DNA from: a bacterium
Lineage (GTDB): Bacteria; Babelota; Babeliae; Babelales; RVW-14
Direction: 5' to 3'
Assembly (NCBI GenBank): GCA_043822925.1
Contig: JBDRBF010000049.1
Span: forward strand, 1 to 14,169
Length of the DNA stretch: 14,169 bases
Every line of letters starts with the position of its first letter. The first letter of the stretch is position 1. The translations under genes and the position numbers were made by a program. The notes below the pieces were generated by a model. That model was not told the origin of the DNA and made no database searches. It was given only the letters and a program-made list of their open reading frames with translations. Of this stretch, positions 8,155 to 14,169 are shown in pieces.

Positions 8155-8610
8155 ATGAGGAGAAGGAAGGGGTTTTACTCGATTTCTATTGTTGCGAAAA
8201 TGTTTGGCGTTCATCAGCAAACGATTCGTATGTATGAAAAAGAGGGTTTGTTTACTCCCAAGAGATCTGAGGGGAATACGCGCCTATTTTCAGAAGAAGA
8301 TGTCGAGCAACTTGAAGAAATTATTAATTTGACGCACAACATGGGTGTTAATTTAGCTGGCGTTGAAATTATCTTGAAGTTGCAGAAAAAAGTGAAGCGC
8401 ATGCAAACAGACATGAATAAGCTTTTTGATCAGATGAATGGCCAACTGGTCGAAGAAAGTGAAGACTATAAAAAAGATGCAAAAAAACAGGTTGAGCGTT
8501 TGGTCGAGATAAAGAAAGAAAATGTGGCTTTAACTGAGAAAAAAACAGAAGAAGAACATGAAAAAGCGGTAGTAGTAGATGACTGGGAAATTGATTATGA
8601 AGACAAATAA
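8155..8610 (+). CDS. hspR: MerR-family HTH regulator, HspR-like heat-shock repressor
   Basis: YSISIVAKMFGVHQQTIRMYEKEGL MerR HTH, PKRSEGNTRLFS wing, and LTHNMGVNLAGVEIIL (HspR-typical GVNLAG) followed by a coiled coil. SD GGGAG upstream. Adjacent to htpX. Confidence 0.8.
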   Translation: MRRRKGFYSISIVAKMFGVHQQTIRMYEKEGLFTPKRSEGNTRLFSEEDVEQLEEIINLTHNMGVNLAGVEIILKLQKKVKRMQTDMNKLFDQMNGQLVEESEDYKKDAKKQVERLVEIKKENVALTEKKTEEEHEKAVVVDDWEIDYEDK

Positions 8611-8645
8611 ATAGTTATATATACACAAAGTAGAGGACAAAATAT

Positions 8646-9512
8646 ATGTTCTTAAATCAAATAAAAACGGTGATCTTGCTTGCTGGTTTAAGTGGTTTGT
8701 TTTTTCTCATAGGCTTCTGGTTTGGCGGAAGTAACGGGTTAATTGTAGCGTTTGCTTTTTCTATAATCATGAACTTTTTAACGTATTTTTATTCAGACAA
8801 GTTAGTGCTCGCTATGTATGGTGCAAAAGAACTTGATCATGACAAATTTGCTTACGTATACGCAATGGTGCAGGATTTGTGCGATAACGCACAGTTGCCT
8901 ATGCCAAAATTGTGGTTTATAGATACGCCAATGGCCAATGCTTTTGCAACGGGAAGAAATCCAGCGCATGCATCAGTAGCAGTTACACAGGGTCTTCTTG
9001 AGGTTTTAGAAGAGCATGAATTGCGCGGCGTTTTGGCGCATGAGCTTGCGCATGTTAAAAATAGAGATATTTTGATTGCAACTATTGCTGCAACACTTGC
9101 TACAGCTATTGGATATCTTGCTCATATGGTTCAGTGGGCATTTATTTTTGGTGGCTATGGCAAAAGCGATGAGCGAAGTAATGGTGGAGGTATTGGTGCT
9201 TTGGTGATAGCAATTATTATGCCGATAGCTGCAATGCTCATACAGATGGCTATCTCTCGGTCGCGTGAATATTTGGCTGACGAATCTGGTGCGAATTATG
9301 CACATGATCCACTCGCTCTAGCGTCAGCGCTTGAGAAGTTACATAATACGGCAGATAAGCAGCATTTAGCTCCAGCATCATCAGCGCATGCTGCGACAGC
9401 GAGTTTATTTATAGTTTTTCCGTTTTCAGCCAAAGGGGCCTTGAGTCTTTTTTCAACGCATCCTCCGATGGAAAAAAGAATAGAGCGTTTAAGAAAAATG
9501 GCTGGGATTTAA
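8646..9512 (+). CDS. htpX: Membrane zinc metalloprotease HtpX (M48)
   Basis: Two N-terminal TM helices, NAFATGRNP, HELAH (HExxH), ISRSREYLAD and FSTHPP motifs. SD GAGG upstream. Confidence 0.96.
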   Translation: MFLNQIKTVILLAGLSGLFFLIGFWFGGSNGLIVAFAFSIIMNFLTYFYSDKLVLAMYGAKELDHDKFAYVYAMVQDLCDNAQLPMPKLWFIDTPMANAFATGRNPAHASVAVTQGLLEVLEEHELRGVLAHELAHVKNRDILIATIAATLATAIGYLAHMVQWAFIFGGYGKSDERSNGGGIGALVIAIIMPIAAMLIQMAISRSREYLADESGANYAHDPLALASALEKLHNTADKQHLAPASSAHAATASLFIVFPFSAKGALSLFSTHPPMEKRIERLRKMAGI

Positions 9513-9633
9513 TAGTAAATTACGGTATAAGTACGCGTTTTTTGAAATAAAATAATAACGGGAAAGATAGTGGAAACGAGTAAGTGGGCGAGCTATCGAT
9601 CGATTAAATTTGTAAAATTAACACTTATTCGTC

Positions 9634-9662
9634 TTGCTCATTGTTTAAAAATCTGATACATT
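9634..9662 (+). promoter_or_regulatory. Putative sigma70 promoter for tRNA-Leu/secD
   Basis: TTGCTC (9634-9639), 17-bp spacer, TACATT (9657-9662), with extended -10 TG at 9654-9655. Confidence 0.55.
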
Positions 9663-9668
9663 TCCTTT

Positions 9669-9724
9669 ATCTTAAATTTGCATCTTAAATTTGCATCTTA
9701 AATTTGTATCTTAAATTTGATCTT
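9669..9724. repeat. 13-bp tandem repeat, 4 copies plus a partial copy
   Basis: ATCTTAAATTTG(C/T) starting at 9669, 9682, 9695 and 9708 (last copy 12 bp), then partial ATCTT at 9720. Confidence 0.95.
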
Positions 9725-9732
9725 TGTTATTA

Positions 9733-9819
9733 GCCGAGATGGTGAAATTGGCAGACACACTGCTTTAAGGGGGCAGCGGGAGAAATCCCATAGGGGTTCA
9801 AGTCCCCTTCTCGGCACCA
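9733..9819 (+). tRNA. tRNA-Leu (anticodon AAG), CCA encoded
   Basis: Cloverleaf: acceptor GCCGAGA/TCTCGGC, D stem GTG/CAC with GG in the loop, anticodon stem CTGCT/GGCAG with loop TT-AAG-GG (anticodon 9767-9769), long variable arm, T arm AGGGG-TTCAAGT-CCCCT, discriminator A, then CCA. Confidence 0.95.
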
Positions 9820-9876
9820 AAACGTAATCAGGTAAGTGGTAGTTGAAGCTATATTGAAGTTTATAAGGATACATAC

Positions 9877-11520
9877 ATGAATGCTCAGTCACGTATTTTT
9901 AAATTCTTGTTTTCGCCAGTTATCTATTGGTTGGCTTTTTGTGCAATTGGTTCTTATTTTATGTTTACGGTTGATCGCAAAGTTTATCAAGAAGGCGTAC
10001 AGAAAGAAGCAGGCGTTCTTGGCCATGTAAAAAGTTTTTTTGCAGCTACTCGTTTAGAGCATGTCGGCAAGGGTATTGATCTTGCAGGTGGAACATATCT
10101 CGTTTTGGGCGTTGATTTAGAAAAAGCTATTGAAAACCGTTTAGTTGTAGAAAACAAAGCGCTTGATCAGTTGTTTGAAAGCAAGAAGCTTGCGATTTTG
10201 CCTAAAAAGAAAGAAATTAAAAAAACGGTTCTAGAACTGACATTTGAAGAAGAAGAAGCTGCAAAATCATGTTTTAATCTTATTCAAGATAATCGTACAG
10301 CCCTTTTAAAAGTTTCGCGTACTGGTGCTCTGGTTCAAGCATCTATAGCTCCAGAAGTAGAAGTAAGTATTCGTAAAGGGGCTGTTGATCAAGCTGTTAG
10401 TGTTTTGACGAATCGTTTGGCTAGTTATGATGTTGAAGGCATCATTGTTCAGCCTCATGGTGAACGGCAAATAGTTATTCAGCTTCCTGGTATTAACGAT
10501 CCAGATCGTATTAAAAGTGTTGTGACAAAAACAGCGCACTTAGAATTTAAGCTCGTAGAAGATACAGCTGCAACGCGTCAGCATTTGCTTGATAAATTTG
10601 ATGGCGAGCTTCCACCTGATAAAATGATTGTTTCTGGCGGTAAAGATGAAGGTGATCATTTTTATTTAGTCTCCGCTTATCCTGATTTGAGTGGCGAACA
10701 TATTGTTGAGGCTCAGGTTGCTTTTGATCAATTTAATAAACCTGAAGTAGATTTTAGGCTTGATAGTATTGGCGCTAAAGAATTTGGAGATTTAACTGCG
10801 AATAATATTGGTCGACGTCTTGCTATAATTATTGACGATGTTGTTATGTCTTCTCCTTCTATTAATAGTGAAATTCCTGGTGGAAGAGCGCAAATTACTG
10901 GTCACTTTACACAAAAAGATGCGCTTGATTTATCGATTGTTCTTAAATCAGGTTCATTGAAAGCACCATTGAAGTTTGAACAGGAAAGCCGTGTTGGCGC
11001 AACACTTGGGCAAGATTCTATTAACAAAGGCTTTATGGCTTGCGCTGTTGCAATTTTGTTATTGTGCTTGTTCAGCTTGTTGTATTACGGGCTTGCAGGA
11101 TTCTTTACGGTATTGGCTCTCTTTTATAACTTATTTTTGGTATTATTGTTCTTGTCTTACTTTAATGCAACGCTCACGTTGCCAGGTATAGCTGGTATTG
11201 TTTTAACTGTAGCAATGGCAATAGATGCATCGATTATTATTTATGAACGTATTCGTGAATATTTGTCTGAAGGCGAATCGTTTAGAGTAGCTGTAACTAA
11301 GGGATTTCAGGGCGCAACAGTTAATATATTAGATGCTAATATTACTGCTTTCTTAACGGGTCTTGTTTTGTTCCAATTCGGTGGACCTGGTGTAAAAGGC
11401 TTTGCAGTAACATTAATGGCTGGTATAATAGCAACAGTTCTTTCCGGTGTGTTCTTTTTGAAATCGATTATGATCTTCTCTCTTGATAATCTTGGTGTAA
11501 GATCACTTCTGAAAAAATAG
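9877..11520 (+). CDS. secD: Protein translocase subunit SecD
   Basis: GIDLAGG, QIVIQLPG, large periplasmic domain with RLAIIIDD, LKSGSLKAP, VGATLGQDSI, TLTLPGIAGIVL, IDAxxxIYERIRE, ILDANIT, GVKGFAVTL. SD AAGGA upstream. Confidence 0.96.
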   Translation: MNAQSRIFKFLFSPVIYWLAFCAIGSYFMFTVDRKVYQEGVQKEAGVLGHVKSFFAATRLEHVGKGIDLAGGTYLVLGVDLEKAIENRLVVENKALDQLFESKKLAILPKKKEIKKTVLELTFEEEEAAKSCFNLIQDNRTALLKVSRTGALVQASIAPEVEVSIRKGAVDQAVSVLTNRLASYDVEGIIVQPHGERQIVIQLPGINDPDRIKSVVTKTAHLEFKLVEDTAATRQHLLDKFDGELPPDKMIVSGGKDEGDHFYLVSAYPDLSGEHIVEAQVAFDQFNKPEVDFRLDSIGAKEFGDLTANNIGRRLAIIIDDVVMSSPSINSEIPGGRAQITGHFTQKDALDLSIVLKSGSLKAPLKFEQESRVGATLGQDSINKGFMACAVAILLLCLFSLLYYGLAGFFTVLALFYNLFLVLLFLSYFNATLTLPGIAGIVLTVAMAIDASIIIYERIREYLSEGESFRVAVTKGFQGATVNILDANITAFLTGLVLFQFGGPGVKGFAVTLMAGIIATVLSGVFFLKSIMIFSLDNLGVRSLLKK

Positions 11521-11531
11521 TTTATACGTTT

Positions 11532-11605
11532 GGCGGCGTAGCTCAGTTGGTTAGAGCGGCGGAATCATAATCCGTAGGTCCGGGGTTCGAATCCCTGCGC
11601 CGCTA
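11532..11605 (+). tRNA. tRNA-Met (CAT), probably elongator; CCA not encoded
   Basis: Acceptor GGCGGCG/CGCCGCT, D arm GCTC/GAGC, anticodon stem GCGGA/TCCGT with loop AT-CAT-AA (11566-11568), T arm CGGGG-TTCGAAT-CCCTG, discriminator A. Lacks initiator hallmarks. Ile2 (lysidine) identity is not formally excluded. Confidence 0.92.
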
Positions 11606-11644
11606 TTTTTCAGCCAAACAAAAGAAAAAAGTTAAAGGTTAGTA

Positions 11645-12253
11645 GTGTTACTTGTCGCTCTGTTTGTTCTTGCATATCTTATTGGCTCTATTCCAACCGG
11701 ATATCTTATCTGTCGTTACTGTTTTAATATCGATGTTACACAACATGGTTCTGGAAATATTGGCGCAACAAATGTTGCTCGTGTTTTGGGCAAGGGCATA
11801 AAGTATTTTGTTTTTATCTTTCTTATCGATGCAGCTAAAGCATATCTTTCGTTATACGCAGCAAATTATTTTTTCGTACATAATTTATTAATAAACGCAG
11901 CTCAGGTGCAAAATTATATTTTGCTTTTGGCTTGTGCTGTTTTATTGGGCAATGCTCATTCAATATTTCTTAAGTTTAAAGGTGGTAAAGGGGTTGCAAC
12001 AAGTCTTGGTATTATTGTATATCTTATTCCTGTATCGCTTGTACTTTTATTTTTGGCCAGTTGGCTTATTATTCTCGCGTTTACCCGGCGTGTATTTATG
12101 GCTTCGATTGGTGCAACGATTATTATGACTGGCATGTATGGTTATTTGTATTTTACTGGCAATAATCTTTTGTTTTATTTTCTGATTATTATTTGTTACT
12201 GGTTAATATTAAGACATAGAGCGAATATTAAGCTTTTTTTGCATAGCCATTAA
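11645..12253 (+). CDS. plsY: Glycerol-3-phosphate acyltransferase PlsY
   Basis: AYLIGSIPTG, GSGNIGATNVARVLG, DAAK, FKGGKGVAT and HRANI motifs. Multi-TM, GTG start. Confidence 0.95.
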   Translation: MLLVALFVLAYLIGSIPTGYLICRYCFNIDVTQHGSGNIGATNVARVLGKGIKYFVFIFLIDAAKAYLSLYAANYFFVHNLLINAAQVQNYILLLACAVLLGNAHSIFLKFKGGKGVATSLGIIVYLIPVSLVLLFLASWLIILAFTRRVFMASIGATIIMTGMYGYLYFTGNNLLFYFLIIICYWLILRHRANIKLFLHSH

Positions 12254-12258
12254 ACACA

Positions 12259-12390
12259 TATAGTTGAAACCATAGGCTGGAATAAATTTCAGGCGATTAC
12301 GCCTGAGAAAATAACCAGAAAATAAGATTAAAGCTCAGGTTCTCAGGCGTAATCGCCTGAAGCTCCTGCAAGCCTAGTGTTTTAACAATA
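12259..12390. repeat. Nested inverted-repeat element (REP-doublet/REPIN- or MITE-like)
   Basis: Perfect 22-bp inverted repeat TTCAGGCGATTACGCCTGAGAA (12288-12309) / TTCTCAGGCGTAATCGCCTGAA (12340-12361). Each arm is itself a hairpin (TCAGGCG-N4-CGCCTGA). Outer arms 12259-12280 and 12369-12390 match 17/22 about the same symmetry axis. Confidence 0.85.
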
Positions 12391-12415
12391 GGCTGACAAA
12401 TAAAGAAAGGGGTTT

Positions 12416-14169
12416 ATGAAGTTTCAAGAAGTAGCTCAAATATTTGAATTATTAGAAAAAGAACCTAAACGTTTAAAAATGACCGAGCTTCTCGCTCAAA
12501 TTTTAAAAAAAGCAACGCCTGACGATGCTGCGACTATATCGTATTTAGCGCTTGGTAGCTTGCGACCTGTTTATATGAGTACACAGTTTAATTTTGCTCA
12601 AAAAAGCATGGTAAAAGTTCTTGCTCGTTTATTGGCCAAATCAGAAGCTGAGATCGAAGATTATAGTCATAAATCTGGTGATTTGGGCTCAGTAATTGTC
12701 CAATTATTCGAACAAAAAAAAGATATTCAAGATCTTTCTATTAAACAGGTAAATGCAAAGCTTTTTGACTTTTTAGATCTTACTGGTACGGGATCACAAG
12801 AGAAGAAAGAACAAGAGTTACTCGATATATTACACGCGCTTGATGCGCTTTCGTGCAAATATATTGTGCGTATAATATTGGGTAAATTACGTCTTGGTTT
12901 TTCTGATATGACGCTTCTTGATGCTTTTTCATGGATGGAGTGCGGCGATAAGTCTATACGCCAAGAACTTGAAGATGCATATAATATTTCGGTTGATATT
13001 GGCTTAATTATAAAAGTTTTAAAAGAACACGGTATAGTTGGTATTCGTAAAATTACGATAACACCTGGCATACCAATACGTCCAGCTGCTGCTGAACGCG
13101 CTCCAGACGCACAATCGATTGTAAAACGTTTGGGCACCTGTTTAGCGCAGCCTAAACTTGATGGTTTTCGATTACAAGTACACATAGATAAATCTGGCGA
13201 AAAACCTGAAATTAAATTTTTCTCACGTAACTTGCTTGATATGTCGTCTATGTTCCCAGAATTATACACAGCTGTCCTTGATCTAGAAGTTGATACGTTG
13301 GTGGCCGAGGGGGAAGCTATAGCATTTGATATAGAAACCAAAAGTTTTTTGCCATTTCAAGAAACGGTTAAACGTAAACGTAAACATGATATAGAACAAA
13401 CGGCGCAAGACTTCCCATTAAAACTCTATTTTTTCGATTTGTTATATTTTAATGGGCATTCGTATTTAGATAAAACACACACAGAGCGTCGTAAAGCGTT
13501 ATTAAAACTTACTGAAACTAAAAAAGTAGAAAAGCATGATGTTATTTATGTCGTTGAAGAACAAGAGATAGAAACAGCTGCGCAATTAGACACGTATTTT
13601 ATGCAAACAGTATCGTTGGGTCTAGAAGGCTTGGTCGTAAAGCGTCCGGATGCAATATATCAGCCTGGTAAGCGTAATTTTAACTGGATAAAACTTAAGC
13701 GCCAAGAAACAGGGTCGCTTGAAGATACGGTTGATTGCGTTATTTTGGGCTACTATTTTGGTAAGGGTAAGCGGGCCAAGTTTGGCATAGGAGCACTTCT
13801 TGTTGGTATATTTAATAAAAAACAAGATCGTTTTGAAACAGTTGCGAAAATTGGCACTGGTCTATCAGACCAAGAATGGATAGATCAGAAAAAAGTATGT
13901 GATGATAGTGCGGTGCCGGATCAGCCCAAAAACGTCGACTGTGCGCCTGAATTATATCCAGATGTTTGGGTTGCGCCCAAAACTGTGTGTATGATTCGTG
14001 CTGACGAAATTACTCGTTCGCCGCTACATAGAGCTGGTGCAACAGAAGATAATTTGGGTTTTGCCCTACGGTTTCCAAGATTAATGGGCTATCGTCCAGA
14101 TAAGTCGCCGTTTGATGCAACGACGGTTATAGAGCTTGAAGAGCTATTTGATATGCAGTTTAGCAAGAG
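12416..14169 (+). CDS. lig: ATP-dependent DNA ligase (ligase I / archaeal Lig architecture); 3' end truncated by window edge
   Basis: Not in the supplied ORF track because there is no stop in the window. ATG 12416 follows SD AAGGGG. MKFQEVAQIFELLEKEPKRLKMTELLA N-terminal DNA-binding domain; motif I QPKLDGFR (Lys codon 13154-13156); III EGEAI; IIIa FFDLLYFNG; IV EGLVVK (13625); V WIKLK; VI LRFPR (14066). At least 584 codons. Confidence 0.95.
   Translation, partial: MKFQEVAQIFELLEKEPKRLKMTELLAQILKKATPDDAATISYLALGSLRPVYMSTQFNFAQKSMVKVLARLLAKSEAEIEDYSHKSGDLGSVIVQLFEQKKDIQDLSIKQVNAKLFDFLDLTGTGSQEKKEQELLDILHALDALSCKYIVRIILGKLRLGFSDMTLLDAFSWMECGDKSIRQELEDAYNISVDIGLIIKVLKEHGIVGIRKITITPGIPIRPAAAERAPDAQSIVKRLGTCLAQPKLDGFRLQVHIDKSGEKPEIKFFSRNLLDMSSMFPELYTAVLDLEVDTLVAEGEAIAFDIETKSFLPFQETVKRKRKHDIEQTAQDFPLKLYFFDLLYFNGHSYLDKTHTERRKALLKLTETKKVEKHDVIYVVEEQEIETAAQLDTYFMQTVSLGLEGLVVKRPDAIYQPGKRNFNWIKLKRQETGSLEDTVDCVILGYYFGKGKRAKFGIGALLVGIFNKKQDRFETVAKIGTGLSDQEWIDQKKVCDDSAVPDQPKNVDCAPELYPDVWVAPKTVCMIRADEITRSPLHRAGATEDNLGFALRFPRLMGYRPDKSPFDATTVIELEELFDMQFSK

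Noticed and set aside
9595-9604. ATCGATCGAT palindrome downstream of htpX
   Set aside because: Only 10 bp, with no supporting context.
9669-9724. CRISPR array or replication iterons
   Set aside because: Units are 13 bp and directly abutting, with no spacers. No cas or rep gene is nearby.
9759-9776. Reading the tRNA-Leu anticodon as TAA
   Set aside because: Shifting the loop by one base destroys the anticodon stem pairing. G37 also fits a CUN reader.
9698-9892. 64-aa minus-strand ORF
   Set aside because: Overlaps the tRNA-Leu gene and the tandem repeat on the opposite strand; spurious.
11532-11605. Initiator tRNA-fMet
   Set aside because: Has a G1-U72 pair rather than a C1:A72 mismatch, and lacks three consecutive G-C pairs at the base of the anticodon stem.
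972-12128. Remaining short alternative-frame and antisense ORFs of 60-111 aa in the track
   Set aside because: All lie within or overlap well-supported genes and show no recognisable motifs.
9800-12400. tRNA-anchored genomic island
   Set aside because: No integrase, no duplicated tRNA 3' end noticed, and the flanking genes are core housekeeping genes.
12727-13341. 204-aa minus-strand ORF (and 13622-13825)
   Set aside because: Antisense shadows of the ATP-dependent ligase, which has all catalytic motifs on the + strand.

Overview
AT-rich bacterial chromosomal segment with every real gene on the + strand. Order: 5'-truncated coiled-coil ORF, lpxB, ssb, putative outer-membrane beta-barrel protein, argS, fluC/crcB, lepA, hspR-like MerR regulator, htpX, tRNA-Leu, secD, tRNA-Met, plsY, and an ATP-dependent DNA ligase that runs off the 3' end and is missing from the supplied ORF track. 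Composition and gene content suggest a reduced-genome, host-associated diderm, possibly Dependentiae/TM6 (inference only). It looks like housekeeping DNA but holds three information-processing components atypical for bacteria: (1) a tRNA-Leu with an A34 anticodon (AAG); (2) a LepA whose signature residues resemble mitochondrial GUF1 more than typical bacterial LepA; (3) a full-length archaeal/eukaryotic-type DNA ligase I. Non-coding structure includes a 132-bp symmetric nested-palindrome (REP/REPIN- or MITE-like) element before the ligase, a 4x13-bp tandem repeat in the tRNA-Leu leader, three back-to-back inverted repeats after ssb, and tandem repeats in the leader of the beta-barrel gene. No CRISPR array, transposase, integrase or prophage was seen. 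Comparisons to reference proteins are from memory; no database search was run.
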